NCBI GenBank assembly: GCA_963707345.1 | Contig: CAVPPE010000003.1 | Span: 440,426 to 504,425, forward strand | Length of the DNA: 64,000 bases | Source: an uncultured Chloroflexia bacterium | Lineage (GTDB): Bacteria > Chloroflexota > Anaerolineae > Promineifilales > UBA4811 | Direction of reading: 5' to 3' | Shown: positions 1 to 9,506 of the stretch, one piece after another | Layout of the letters: each line of letters starts with the position of its first letter | Numbering within the stretch: position 1 is the stretch's first letter | Position numbers and translations under genes: made by a program | The notes under the pieces: model-generated | Told to the model about the DNA's origin: nothing | The model's database searches: none | The model's input: the letters and a program-made list of their open reading frames with translations, nothing else

Positions 1-2044
1 GGCTGAGTCCGGCGTGACCAAGGAACGGACGATGGACGCGCTGCGAGACCTGCGTGGCGGACAGCGCATTACCGACCCGGCCGCCGAGTCGCGATTCCGC
101 ACGTTGGAAAAGTACTCCCGTGACCTGACCGCATTGGCCAAGGCGGGTAAGCTGGACCCGGTCATCGGCCGGGATGACGAGATCCGGCGCGTGACCCAGG
201 TGCTCAGCCGCCGGACCAAAAATAACCCGGTGATGATCGGCGAGGCGGGCGTGGGAAAGACGGCCATTGTGGAGGGATTGGCGCAGAAGATAGCCGACAA
301 TGATGTACCAGAGCCGCTGATGGGCAAGACCATCGTCTCGCTGGACCTGGGTGCCATGGTGGCCGGCAGCCGCTTTCGCGGCGACTTTGAAGAGCGGCTA
401 AAGGCGACCATTGAGGAAATTCAGCGGGCCGAGGGCGAGATCATCCTGTTTATCGACGAGATTCACAACGTGGTGGGTGCCGGGGCGGCTTCTGGCGCGA
501 TGGATGCCTCCAACATGATGAAGCCGGCGCTGGCCCGCGGCGAGTTGCAGTGCGTGGGTGCAACCACGTTGGATGAGTACCGCCGTTACATCGAGCGGGA
601 CAGCGCCCTGGAGCGCCGCTTTGCGCCGGTCTTTGTGGATCAGCCCTCGGTGGATGAGACTATCCAGATGCTGCAGGGCATCCGCGACCGCTACGAAGCG
701 CATCACAAAGTGACTTTTGCCGATGAGGCCTTGGTGGCGGCCGCCAAGCTGTCGCACCGGTACGTGACAGACCGCCACCTGCCGGACAAGGCGATCGACC
801 TGATGGACGAAGCGGCCGCCAAGTTGCGCGTGGCGTTGTATACGCTGCCCGATGATCTGAAAGCGATGAAACGGGAGCTGGACCGCGTGACGGCCGAGAT
901 GGACCTGGCCAGCCAGTCACAGGACTATGAGCGGGCGGCCATCCTCAAGACCGAGCGCATCCGCATGGATGAGGAATTCAGCCAAAAGCGCGACGAGTGG
1001 CAGCAACAACACCAGTTGGACGAAGTGGTGGATGTGGAGGATATCGCCGAGGTGGTTTCCAGTTGGACCGGCATCCCGCTGAACCAGATGTTGGAGACCG
1101 AGGCGGAGAAGCTGCTCCAGATGGAAGAACGGTTGCACGAGCGGATCATTGGACAGGACGAGGCGATTCACGTGTTGGCAGATGCCATCCGGCGTGGCCG
1201 TTCCGGCCTCAAAGACCCCAGCCGGCCGATTGGCTCGTTTGTCTTCCTGGGCGCCAGTGGCGTGGGCAAGACCGAACTGGCCAAAGCGCTGGCCTGGTTC
1301 CTGTTCGACGACGAGGACGCGCTGGTGCGGGTGGACATGAGCGAGTATCGTGAACAACACACCGTCAGCCGGCTGTTTGGCGCGCCTCCGGGCTACGTGG
1401 GTTACGATCAGGGCGGGCAACTGACCGAGGCGGTCCGCCGCCGGCCGTACAGCGTGGTGCTGTTTGACGAGATCGAGAAGGCGCACCCGGACGTGTGGAA
1501 CGCGCTGCTGCAAATCCTGGACGACGGCCGGCTGACCGATGGCCAGGGCCGCACGGTGGATTTCCGCAACACGGTCATCATCATGACCTCCAATGTGGGT
1601 ACCCAGTTCTTCAAGCGCAGCGGCGCAATTGGCTTTTCCGGTATGCGTGAGGCGATCCGGGCCAGTGGCGACGACGAGTTCGAAGAGGCGCTCAAGCGGA
1701 CCTTCCGGCCGGAGTTTGTCAACCGCATCGACGAGATCATTGTCTTTGAGTCCCTGACGCCGGAGCACATGCTCCAGATCGTGGACCTGCAGATGAAGGA
1801 AATCCAGGAGCGGATGGACGAGCAGGGGTTGACCATCGGCCTGACCCCGGCGGCCAAAGAGTGGCTGGCCAAGGAAGGGTACGAGGAGCAGTTTGGTGCC
1901 CGGCCGCTGCGCCGCGCTTTGCAGCGCCACGTGGAAAGCCCGCTCTCCGTTCAATTGCTCAAGGGCGAGTTTGCCAGCGGAGATCACGTGTTGGTTGACC
2001 TGCACGATGGCCAGTTGGTCTTTCTCAAAGAGGAGACAGCCTAG
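1..2044 (+). CDS. clpC: ATP-dependent Clp protease ATPase subunit, ClpC-type (5' end outside window)
   Basis: Two AAA+ modules ([13 protein letters not shown]; [17 protein letters not shown]), short UVR-like middle domain (QDYERAA), ClpP-docking IGF loop (GAIGFS). Confidence 0.85.
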   Translation, partial: AESGVTKERTMDALRDLRGGQRITDPAAESRFRTLEKYSRDLTALAKAGKLDPVIGRDDEIRRVTQVLSRRTKNNPVMIGEAGVGKTAIVEGLAQKIADNDVPEPLMGKTIVSLDLGAMVAGSRFRGDFEERLKATIEEIQRAEGEIILFIDEIHNVVGAGAASGAMDASNMMKPALARGELQCVGATTLDEYRRYIERDSALERRFAPVFVDQPSVDETIQMLQGIRDRYEAHHKVTFADEALVAAAKLSHRYVTDRHLPDKAIDLMDEAAAKLRVALYTLPDDLKAMKRELDRVTAEMDLASQSQDYERAAILKTERIRMDEEFSQKRDEWQQQHQLDEVVDVEDIAEVVSSWTGIPLNQMLETEAEKLLQMEERLHERIIGQDEAIHVLADAIRRGRSGLKDPSRPIGSFVFLGASGVGKTELAKALAWFLFDDEDALVRVDMSEYREQHTVSRLFGAPPGYVGYDQGGQLTEAVRRRPYSVVLFDEIEKAHPDVWNALLQILDDGRLTDGQGRTVDFRNTVIIMTSNVGTQFFKRSGAIGFSGMREAIRASGDDEFEEALKRTFRPEFVNRIDEIIVFESLTPEHMLQIVDLQMKEIQERMDEQGLTIGLTPAAKEWLAKEGYEEQFGARPLRRALQRHVESPLSVQLLKGEFASGDHVLVDLHDGQLVFLKEETA

Positions 2045-2094
2045 CGGGTGGTGAGCACTTGAGGTAGGAGACCTCCCGCGAGCGTGGTGTCTGC

Positions 2095-2118
2095 TCGGGT
2101 GAGCACCCGAGGTCTTTT
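2095..2118 (+). terminator. Probable intrinsic terminator after clpC
   Basis: CTCGGGTG-AG-CACCCGAG hairpin followed by GTCTTTT. Confidence 0.5.
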
Positions 2119-2182
2119 CCCCTTGCCCTCCCGTTTGCCATGCGGTACATTTGCCGCTGAATCCGTCGACCGAGGTTGCGCT

Positions 2183-2884
2183 ATGTCTTCCTCCCGTTCC
2201 GAGCTTTTTGCCGGCGTCAAAGCCATCTCCCCCATTTTGTTGGGCGTTGTGCCATTTGGGACCATTTCCGGCATTGCGGCCGTAGAGGCAGGGCTTTCGC
2301 CCGTGGCGGCCGTGGGGATGTCCCTGATTGTGTTTGCGGGCGCGGCGCAACTGGCGGCCGTGCAGCTTATTGGCATGGGTGCTTCCCCGGCCGTGATTGT
2401 TCTCACCGCCCTTGTCATCAATCTCCGTTTTGCCATGTACAGCGCTTCCATCGGCCCCCACCTGAAAAGGCTCTCCGGCCGGTTGAAGGGGCTTTCCGCC
2501 TATGTTCTTTCCGATCAGGCTTACGCTGTTTCCATTGCTAGCTTTAATGAGAGCCCGGGGCGGGCGTACCGGCACTGGTTTTACCTGGGTGCTGCCTGGG
2601 CCCTGTGGGTCACCTGGCAGATCTGTGCCCTGTTGGGTATCTTTGTGGGAACCAGGGTGCCGGAGAGCTGGTCATTGGACTTTGCCATTCCGGTGACTTT
2701 TCTGGCGGTGGTGGTGCCGGCGATCAAGGACCGGCCGGCCGCCGCGGCCGCGCTGGCGGCCGGGCTGGTGGCGGTGCTGGCGTTTGGCCTGCCGTTCAAC
2801 CTGGGGTTGATTCTGGGGGCGGCTGCCGGTATCCTGACCGGCTTGCTGGTTGAGTGGCGCACGGGAGCAAGCCATGAGCAGTAG
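2183..2884 (+). CDS. azlC: AzlC family branched-chain amino acid exporter
   Basis: MSLIVFAGAAQ, INLRFAMYSAS, LSDQAYA and LDFAIP motifs; ATG 2183 preferred over upstream GTG. Confidence 0.9.
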   Translation: MSSSRSELFAGVKAISPILLGVVPFGTISGIAAVEAGLSPVAAVGMSLIVFAGAAQLAAVQLIGMGASPAVIVLTALVINLRFAMYSASIGPHLKRLSGRLKGLSAYVLSDQAYAVSIASFNESPGRAYRHWFYLGAAWALWVTWQICALLGIFVGTRVPESWSLDFAIPVTFLAVVVPAIKDRPAAAAALAAGLVAVLAFGLPFNLGLILGAAAGILTGLLVEWRTGASHEQ

Positions 2885-3197
2885 CTCGCTGTGGCTCATT
2901 ATCCTGCTGGCGGGGGCCGGTACGTTCCTGATCCGGCTCTCGTTTATCTGGCTAATCGAGTACGTTGACCGGCTGGCGGCCGTGCGCCGTGCGCTGCGCT
3001 ACGTGCCGGTGGCGGTGCTGCCAGCCATTGTTGCCCCAGCGCTCCTCATGCAAAATGGGGCACCGGCCGTCTCATGGAACAACGCGCGGCTGGCGGCGGG
3101 ACTGATGGCCATCCTGGTGGCCCGGTTGACCAAGAGCATGCTGTTGACCATCGCAGCCGGCATGGCCACCCTGTGGTTGCTTCAGGCGCTGGGGTGA
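2874..3197 (+). CDS. azlD: AzlD family membrane protein
   Basis: GTFLIRLSF...ALRYVPVAVLPAIV motif; overlaps azlC end. Confidence 0.85.
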   Translation: MSSSSLWLIILLAGAGTFLIRLSFIWLIEYVDRLAAVRRALRYVPVAVLPAIVAPALLMQNGAPAVSWNNARLAAGLMAILVARLTKSMLLTIAAGMATLWLLQALG

Positions 3198-3216
3198 TCC
3201 GGCCGGGGCCAGGCGT

Positions 3217-4134
3217 TCAGCCGGCGAGCGACGTTTCCTGGTAATCTTCTGGTTCGGCGTGGACTATCACGTCGGCGCGCGGGATCAGCGCCCGGATGGC
3301 CGCTTCGGCCGCCTCGGTGATCGCATGTGCCGTTTCCAGCGGCTGGCGGCCGTCCACAACAATGTGAGCATCCACAAACATGCGGGGCCCGGCCGGCCGG
3401 ACGCGCACCTGGTGACACTCGATGACCCCTGGTACCGCTTCCACCGTGGCCCTGACCTGCCCGGCCAGACCGGCCGGGGCGGTGTCCAGCAGCGCCGCGA
3501 CCGTCCGCTTGCCCAATTGGACGCTGACGAGGATCACGATCAGCGCCACGCCCAGTGCGGCGACCGCGTCGGCCTGGGCCAGGAAGGCCAACTGCGGATT
3601 CCACTCCGCCAGCTTGACTCCGATCAAACCCAGGATTACCACGGTCGAACTCCAGATGTCGGTGCTGAAATGAAGCGCGTCTGCTTCCAGCGCCTGGCTG
3701 TTGTGCTTTTTTGCCACCCGCGATAACGCGCGCGAGCGGGAGATGTCGATCAAAATCGAGGTACCCATCACCAAAAAGGCCCAGATGGACGCGTCCACAT
3801 GGACCAACTCGACAAACAGCCGTTGGAATGCCTCATAGATGATCCAGACGCAGGTGGCAAGCAAGAGTAAGGTTTCCACCAGCGCGGAGAGGTTTTCTAC
3901 TTTGCCATGACCGTAGCGGTGCTGTTCGTCGGCCGGCCGGCCGGAGACGTTGACCGCAAAAAATGTCACCAGCGCGGCAACCAGGTCCAGCCCCGAGTGG
4001 GCTGCTTCCGAAAGGATACCCAGGCTGCCGGTCAGGATGCCGACGATGATCTTGAAGAGGGTGAGAAAGATCGCGGCGACGACGGAACTCAGTGCCACGT
4101 CCTTCTTTTCGCGCTCGGCCGCCAGGTCAGCCAT
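3217..4134 (-). CDS. Cation diffusion facilitator (FieF/CDF) metal transporter
   Basis: SEAAHSGLD, YGHGKVE and ADALHFSTD motifs; C-terminal ZT dimer domain. Confidence 0.92.
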   Translation of the reverse strand: MADLAAEREKKDVALSSVVAAIFLTLFKIIVGILTGSLGILSEAAHSGLDLVAALVTFFAVNVSGRPADEQHRYGHGKVENLSALVETLLLLATCVWIIYEAFQRLFVELVHVDASIWAFLVMGTSILIDISRSRALSRVAKKHNSQALEADALHFSTDIWSSTVVILGLIGVKLAEWNPQLAFLAQADAVAALGVALIVILVSVQLGKRTVAALLDTAPAGLAGQVRATVEAVPGVIECHQVRVRPAGPRMFVDAHIVVDGRQPLETAHAITEAAEAAIRALIPRADVIVHAEPEDYQETSLAG

Positions 4135-5485
4135 GCTGGTTTTCCTTCCTTGCCAGAGCAAACCGCGGGCCGATTTCGGTTGCCATCTCTCGTGCTCTGG
4201 CAAACACCTCGCGTTCATCCAACGTCAGTAGCTGGCGCTCTTGCATCACTATCCGGCCGTCAATGATCACCGTGGACACGTCCGCCTTATTGACTGCGTA
4301 GGCCAGGTGGGAATAGATATCGTACAACGGGATCAGGTGGGGTTGCTCCAGGTCAATCAAGATCAGGTCGGCGCGCTTGCCCGGCTCCAGTGTGCCGAGT
4401 TGATTGCCCAGGCCCAGCACGTCGGCCCCGTCACGGGTTGCCATGCGGACCACGGTGCGGGCATTGGCCGCCGTCGGGTCGCCGTTGACTAGCTTGTGCA
4501 GCATGGCGGCCGAGTTGACCTCGCCCCACATATCGAGGTCGTTGTTGCTGGCCGCGCCATCGGTGCCAAGGCCCACCCGCACCCCGGCCGCCAGCAGTTC
4601 GGGCAAACGCGCCGCGCCGGAGGCCAGCTTGAGGTTGCTTTGAGGGCAGTGGGCCACGGCCGTTTCGCGTTCGGCCATCAACGCGATGTCGTCGTCGCTC
4701 AGGTGAACACCGTGTGCAAAAACGGTGCTGCGATCCAGCACACCCAGGCTGTCCAGATACGCGGGTGGCGTGAGCCCGGTTTCGGCCTGCATTTCAGCCA
4801 CCTCGCCGGCCGTCTCGGCCACGTGCGTCAGCATGATAGTGCCGTGGCGGTTTGCCAGCTCCTTGCCTTTGGTCAGCAGCTCGGGCGAGGCAGAATAGGG
4901 CGCGTGCGGCTGGACGCTGACCCTCACCAGCGGGTCGCCCTGCCACTTGGTCAACAGCTCCTCGGTGTACGCCAGGCCCTCGGCCGGCGTTTTGCAGTTC
5001 GGGCTGGGAAAGTCGAGCAGCGCCTCACCCAGCAGCGCCCGGATGCCGGCCGTTTTGGCTGCCCGGCCGATATCGTCCTCGAAAAAGTACATATCCGAGA
5101 ACAGCGTCGTCCCGCCCCGGATCATCTCGGCCGCCGCCAGCAACGTGCCCCAATAGACCATCTCCGGCTTGACCGCCCAGGCTTCGGCCGGCCAGATGTG
5201 TTCGCGCAGCCACGTCTTCAGCGGCAGGTCGTCCGCCAGTCCGCGGAACAGGGTCATGGGGGCGTGCGTGTGGCAGTTGATCAGGCCGGGCAAGACTGCG
5301 TGTCCATTGGCGTCGACGGTTTCCGCCGCCAGAAAGCGCGTCGCCAGTTCCCCGGCTGGGCCGACCGCCAGGATCGCGCCGCCCCGAATTGCCACCGCTC
5401 CGGCCGGCAGGGTGGTCCAGCGGCTATCCATCGTCACCACCAGCCCGCCAGTTACCAGAAGGTCAATCGGGTCCGGCTTGATCAA
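4127..5485 (-). CDS. Amidohydrolase, MTA/SAH deaminase (MtaD/TrzA) family
   Basis: PGLINCHTH, HAPY, HVAET, HCPQSNLKLASG and GTDGAASNN motifs; TTG start after GGAGG. Confidence 0.85.
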   Translation of the reverse strand: MIKPDPIDLLVTGGLVVTMDSRWTTLPAGAVAIRGGAILAVGPAGELATRFLAAETVDANGHAVLPGLINCHTHAPMTLFRGLADDLPLKTWLREHIWPAEAWAVKPEMVYWGTLLAAAEMIRGGTTLFSDMYFFEDDIGRAAKTAGIRALLGEALLDFPSPNCKTPAEGLAYTEELLTKWQGDPLVRVSVQPHAPYSASPELLTKGKELANRHGTIMLTHVAETAGEVAEMQAETGLTPPAYLDSLGVLDRSTVFAHGVHLSDDDIALMAERETAVAHCPQSNLKLASGAARLPELLAAGVRVGLGTDGAASNNDLDMWGEVNSAAMLHKLVNGDPTAANARTVVRMATRDGADVLGLGNQLGTLEPGKRADLILIDLEQPHLIPLYDIYSHLAYAVNKADVSTVIIDGRIVMQERQLLTLDEREVFARAREMATEIGPRFALARKENQHG

Positions 5486-5930
5486 TATGGCCTCCCGGCA
5501 CGGGCTCATAGCTGGTGATCGCCTGCCGCCAATGCTCAGGCATCGCAATCGACTGCTGAGTTGAATAATCGTAACAAACCTGCACCGAGCGGCCGGTGGC
5601 GATCAAACCACGTTCAGTCTCGAGCCGATACTCAAAATGAAAGCTCTTGCGTCCCAGGTGGCTGACTCGTGCCCGAACCGTGACCGTTTCCCACATGAAC
5701 CCAGGGGCGAGATAATTGCAGGAAGCTTCGGCCACAATCATCGCAATCGAGTCAAAGCGATTGTCCTGCCACAATCCCACCTCGCGAACATAGCCCACCC
5801 GCGCCTGTTCCATGAACGTAAAGTAGGCTACATTATTGAGGTGGCGTTGAGCGTCAATGTCCGCGTAGCGGATGGGGACGGAGATAGCAAAACGATAAAG
5901 CTCGGGTGGCGAAAGTTGCAAAGCAGCCAA
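5463..5930 (-). CDS. Hotdog-fold acyl-CoA thioesterase (YbgC/FcbC-like)
   Basis: IRYADIDAQRHLNNVAYFTFMEQAR motif. Confidence 0.9.
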   Translation of the reverse strand: MAALQLSPPELYRFAISVPIRYADIDAQRHLNNVAYFTFMEQARVGYVREVGLWQDNRFDSIAMIVAEASCNYLAPGFMWETVTVRARVSHLGRKSFHFEYRLETERGLIATGRSVQVCYDYSTQQSIAMPEHWRQAITSYEPVPGGHIDQAGPD

Positions 5931-6069
5931 CTTGACCTCCGGATCGGTTGATGGGTAGACTTGGGGCAGAATTATAGCACAACAGTCGCGCTGTCCATAG
6001 CTTACGACGGCGGCCGGCGCGCACAGCGGCCATCATCAGATGGCCGCTGTGCGCACAAAAGGAAAAAGG

Positions 6070-6870
6070 CTAACGCAGGCCCAACTGGGCGGCCGCCTGG
6101 GCGCACAGACTGGCTCCCCCGGCCGCCAGCCATTCGTTCAGCGTGGAACTGGCCTCCATTCCGCTGCTCACTTCAGCGTAGATCCCGCCGCCCCAGCGGT
6201 AATACCGCTGGGTCTCGGCCGGCCAGGTGTTGAAGGCGCGCCCGATTGCCCCGTGACCGCCGTTGTACCCGGCCAACGCCAGCCCCACGTCGCCGGCTGC
6301 TTTCTCCAAAGATCCGCTGAGATAAGCCATTCCACGCGCTGCGTTACTGTCCGGGTCGAGCATATCTTCGCCGGCCGCAAAGTGAAACGGCATAACCTGA
6401 AACAGCCCACGTGCCCCGGCCCGTGACACCGCCTGCGGGTTGCCGCAGGATTCGATCTGCATGACGGTTGCCACCAGGTTGGGGTCCAGCCCGTGCTCGG
6501 CCGCCCACAATTTGATCTGTGGCTCCCAGAAACGGACCTCTGGCGTGAACGCGGCCGACAGAGTGCTGTTGTTGACCACCATGGTGGTGCCCATCCCATG
6601 GGCGCTGGATTGCGCGCCGGCCGTGCTGGGGCGCGCCCCTGCTTCGCTTTCCTCGGCCGGTGCTGGTTGGTTCAAGCTGCCGGTAATCTCGGCTCCGGCT
6701 GCCTCTGCCACCAGAGCCGGGTTGCCGAGCGTTGCCGAGGTGAGCGACCAGAGCAGCAGTCCCAACAGGAAAGCACACGCAAACCCCATCAGCACGACCA
6801 GTGCTGATTGGTAGCGGCGGAGAAAATGCGAAAACGGCGAAACGTAAGGTTGAGGTTGCATGACATGCAC
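6070..6870 (-). CDS. Membrane-anchored SLT-domain lytic transglycosylase
   Basis: N-terminal TM; MQIESCG (catalytic Glu), GARGLFQVMP, ALAGYNGG. Confidence 0.88.
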   Translation of the reverse strand: MHVMQPQPYVSPFSHFLRRYQSALVVLMGFACAFLLGLLLWSLTSATLGNPALVAEAAGAEITGSLNQPAPAEESEAGARPSTAGAQSSAHGMGTTMVVNNSTLSAAFTPEVRFWEPQIKLWAAEHGLDPNLVATVMQIESCGNPQAVSRAGARGLFQVMPFHFAAGEDMLDPDSNAARGMAYLSGSLEKAAGDVGLALAGYNGGHGAIGRAFNTWPAETQRYYRWGGGIYAEVSSGMEASSTLNEWLAAGGASLCAQAAAQLGLR

Positions 6871-6876
6871 TGGGGG

Positions 6877-7758
6877 CTAGACTAGCTTGCGCCTGCTGCC
6901 CGATGGGTTCCTGCGCATCTGGACCGGTACAGCCGCCGGCCGCCGGTTGCTTGCCGGTGGTCTGCGCACTGTTGGCCGGGACGGCGGTGCGCCATTGGGC
7001 CGCCGCGAGGTTGGCCGCACGGCCGGCTGGGCCAATTCCTCGTCCGCGTAATCATCATCCTGGTTTTCACGCGCGCGGGCGGCGAGCGGTTGGCGTGCGG
7101 CCGGGCCGGAAGAGGGCGCTCGGTGGGCAGGCTGGGGCTGGGCCCGAAGCGGCTGTGCCGGCCGGCGCGCGGTGTGCGTCTCCGTGCTTCGCTCGGAGCG
7201 CGTCCGGTTGGCGGCCGTGATGAAGCTGCTGATGATCAGGATGCGCGTGGTCCAGACCAGCACGGCAACAAAGATAGGAACAACTTTGAGTAATTGGGCG
7301 CGGGTCAGGACTTCATTGCCCAGGTTGTGATCCATCAGCGCCAGCGAGATGGACCACCAGGTCATGATCGCGTTCATCGCGCCTCCCAACAGCCAGGCGC
7401 CCATCAACAGGTATGACGGCTGCAGGAAAGCGTTGCCGCCCAATGGGTTCGCCTCGTCGTCTCCGGTGAGCAATCGCGCCAGCCCCGCAAAATCGATCCC
7501 ACAGAAGGCGATGGCCAGGATGGTGGCCCACCGGACGCTGACAAAGCTGACCGTCCCCAGCAAGTTTTCCAATGCGTACTCGGTGGTGTCAAAGTTGAAC
7601 ACCTCAAACGCCACCAGCGCCATGGTCAGGATGGCGCCCACAACCAATCGGCGCGTGTTGGTGTGTCGTTCCGAGAGCCAGAACTGGACCACGCCACCTG
7701 CCCGTTCCAGCACCCCCTCCATCAGAGTGGGTTGGTAGGACAACTGATGCTGTGCCAT
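6877..7758 (-). CDS. Hypothetical membrane protein (about 4 TM) with Pro/Arg-rich disordered C-tail
   Basis: AGGAGG RBS, hydrophobic segments, low-complexity tail; 6 nt from the SLT gene. Confidence 0.75.
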   Translation of the reverse strand: MAQHQLSYQPTLMEGVLERAGGVVQFWLSERHTNTRRLVVGAILTMALVAFEVFNFDTTEYALENLLGTVSFVSVRWATILAIAFCGIDFAGLARLLTGDDEANPLGGNAFLQPSYLLMGAWLLGGAMNAIMTWWSISLALMDHNLGNEVLTRAQLLKVVPIFVAVLVWTTRILIISSFITAANRTRSERSTETHTARRPAQPLRAQPQPAHRAPSSGPAARQPLAARARENQDDDYADEELAQPAVRPTSRRPNGAPPSRPTVRRPPASNRRPAAVPVQMRRNPSGSRRKLV

Positions 7759-7782
7759 GTTTACCTCCTACACTTGCGATAA

Positions 7783-7798
7783 TAGAACAAATGTGCTA
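7783..7798. promoter_or_regulatory. Putative LexA (SOS) box just downstream of an extended -10
   Basis: TAGAAC-AAAT-GTGCTA, one mismatch to GAAC-N4-GTTC; minus-strand TGaTATACT at 7816-7808. Confidence 0.55.
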
Positions 7799-7873
7799 CA
7801 CTGGGTAAGTATATCACGCTTGGCTGAGACTGGAAAAGGACAGACTCGCCTGATCAGAGGACAAATTAGGACA

Positions 7874-9169
7874 GTGCTTGCCCCGTTGAGCAAACCGAAT
7901 GGCAGTGGATTTGGTTCCCACCTGGAACTGGCAATGACCGCGGCCGGGCTGTCTCGCAAAGAGCTTGCCGGAAAGCTCAGTGTCGATCAATCGCTGGTAG
8001 GAAAATGGTTGCGCGGGAGTCGCACGCCATCAGTGGAGAACCTGAGGGGATTGGTCCGGCTGCTGGTCAGCGACGCGGCCGTGATGGCTCCGCACGATGC
8101 GGTCGAATGGGTGCGAAAGGCCAGGGCATCGGTTTCTGGCGAAACCGTTACGCAGTGGTGTGAGGGGCAGGTGAGAGCGGGCATCGGCCACTGGGTCACC
8201 ACGCAGCCCTATTTGCAATTGCGCCAGGCGGCGCTGAACCGCGCCTTGCCGGCCGACGATGTGCTGGCGGTGGTGGGCATGGCGGGCGTCGGGAAGAGCG
8301 CAATGCTCCAGACGCTGGGGCGCGATCCGGCCGTGCAGGAGCGTTTCGACCTGGTGCTTACCGTCGCAGGGGGAGAAGACCGGCGCTTGATGGAACTTTT
8401 GGCCGAGCTGTTGGCGCAAATCGATCCGGATGAGCAGCCCCCGGCCGACGAGGCGCGGTTGGTTGCGCGGCTCCAGCGTGCCTTGGTGAACCGCAGGGCG
8501 TTGGTTGTGGTGGACGAAGTGTGGGAGGAGGAACAACTGGGGCTGCGGGCGTTGGCCCGTGAGGACTGTCGGATCCTGTTGGCGACCAGACAAGAGGACT
8601 TGTTGGGGGCCACGCTCAACCGGGCCGCCCGCATAGAGGCGCAGCCAATGAGTGTATCGGAGGGGGTGCTGCTGTTGGAACGATTTCTGGGCCTCGATTG
8701 GCGGCCGGAGATGGCCCAACCGGCCGCTCACGCCGTCTCCCTGGTGGAAGGATTGCCATTGGCGCTAACCCTGATGGCGCTGCAGGTGCCGGCCGATGGC
8801 TGGGGACGCTGGCTGGCCTGGCTCGAGGATGAGCAGGGCTGTGTGAGCTATTTAAGGGCGCCAGGCCTGCATTCGGCCGGGAGCAGTGTGGCGGAGGCGC
8901 TGGCGCAGAGTCTCAGGCGGCTGGACGGCACTCACCGGGAGACCCTGGCCGCCATCTGCCGCCGGGCCGAGCCCCCAACTGCCGATGAGCTGGCGGTCGA
9001 GTTGAACGTCAACCCGGCCGAGGCCAATCGGCGGCTTAAACTATTGGCGTGGCGTCATCTGTTGCGGCTAAACGGCGGCCGGGTCCAAACGCATCGGCTG
9101 GTGTGCGCCTACTTGCGCTGGTGGCACGCCGCGGGTGGCGGATCGGTTTTGCCCGACCGGCCGGGCTGA
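7874..9169 (+). CDS. XRE-HTH + NB-ARC (STAND) NTPase protein without C-terminal sensor repeats
   Basis: HTH (LSRKELAGKLSVDQSLVGKWLRG), Walker A GMAGVGKS, Walker B VVVDEVW, GLPLAL, winged helix ending THRLV; start uncertain (7874 GTG or 7934 ATG). Confidence 0.75.
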   Translation: MLAPLSKPNGSGFGSHLELAMTAAGLSRKELAGKLSVDQSLVGKWLRGSRTPSVENLRGLVRLLVSDAAVMAPHDAVEWVRKARASVSGETVTQWCEGQVRAGIGHWVTTQPYLQLRQAALNRALPADDVLAVVGMAGVGKSAMLQTLGRDPAVQERFDLVLTVAGGEDRRLMELLAELLAQIDPDEQPPADEARLVARLQRALVNRRALVVVDEVWEEEQLGLRALAREDCRILLATRQEDLLGATLNRAARIEAQPMSVSEGVLLLERFLGLDWRPEMAQPAAHAVSLVEGLPLALTLMALQVPADGWGRWLAWLEDEQGCVSYLRAPGLHSAGSSVAEALAQSLRRLDGTHRETLAAICRRAEPPTADELAVELNVNPAEANRRLKLLAWRHLLRLNGGRVQTHRLVCAYLRWWHAAGGGSVLPDRPG

Positions 9170-9181
9170 GGTAGAATGCGG

Positions 9182-9281
9182 GTAGCTGCACAGGCAGTGT
9201 GAAGATTTTTCTGGGGGTGTGCGGGAGCGTAGCGCCCGCACACCCACCTCACCTCTCCAAGCCCTTGGGCTGAGCCGTTAC
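9182..9281 (+). repeat. ~100-bp dispersed TIR/hairpin repeat, copy A
   Basis: Ends GTAGCTGCACAG...CTGAGCCGTTAC; central hairpin with GC-GTA-GC loop. Confidence 0.85.
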
Positions 9282-9316
9282 GAATGCGGGTGCTGTTGAT
9301 AGCGAAAGGGTAGCGC

Positions 9317-9499
9317 ATGGAAAGCTTGAACCTCTCATCGGCCGAAATCGTACGTTTGTTGGTGGTCGCGGTGGTCTTGTTGGTTGGGCTGGGATTCCTC
9401 AAATGGGTGCTCAAGGCAACCATCAAAATGGTAGCGCTCGGCTGCCTGGGGACGGTAGTGGTTGTCGGTATTCTGCTGGTGTTGGCGCTAACCAGTTGA
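9317..9499 (+). CDS. Small two-TM membrane protein
   Basis: 60 aa, two hydrophobic helices, AAAGGG upstream. Confidence 0.6.
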   Translation: MESLNLSSAEIVRLLVVAVVLLVGLGFLKWVLKATIKMVALGCLGTVVVVGILLVLALTS

Positions 9500-9506
9500 C
9501 CGCGAT

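Noticed and set aside
917-2575. Long antisense and alternative-frame ORFs (e.g. 917..2575, 25289..26746, 37316..38830, 46338..48032, 55971..57413)
   Set aside because: They shadow well-supported genes in GC-rich DNA and show no recognisable motifs.
7874-9169. NB-ARC protein as an Avs/NLR anti-phage system
   Set aside because: No nuclease, TIR or SIR2 effector, no sensor repeats and no defence-island context.
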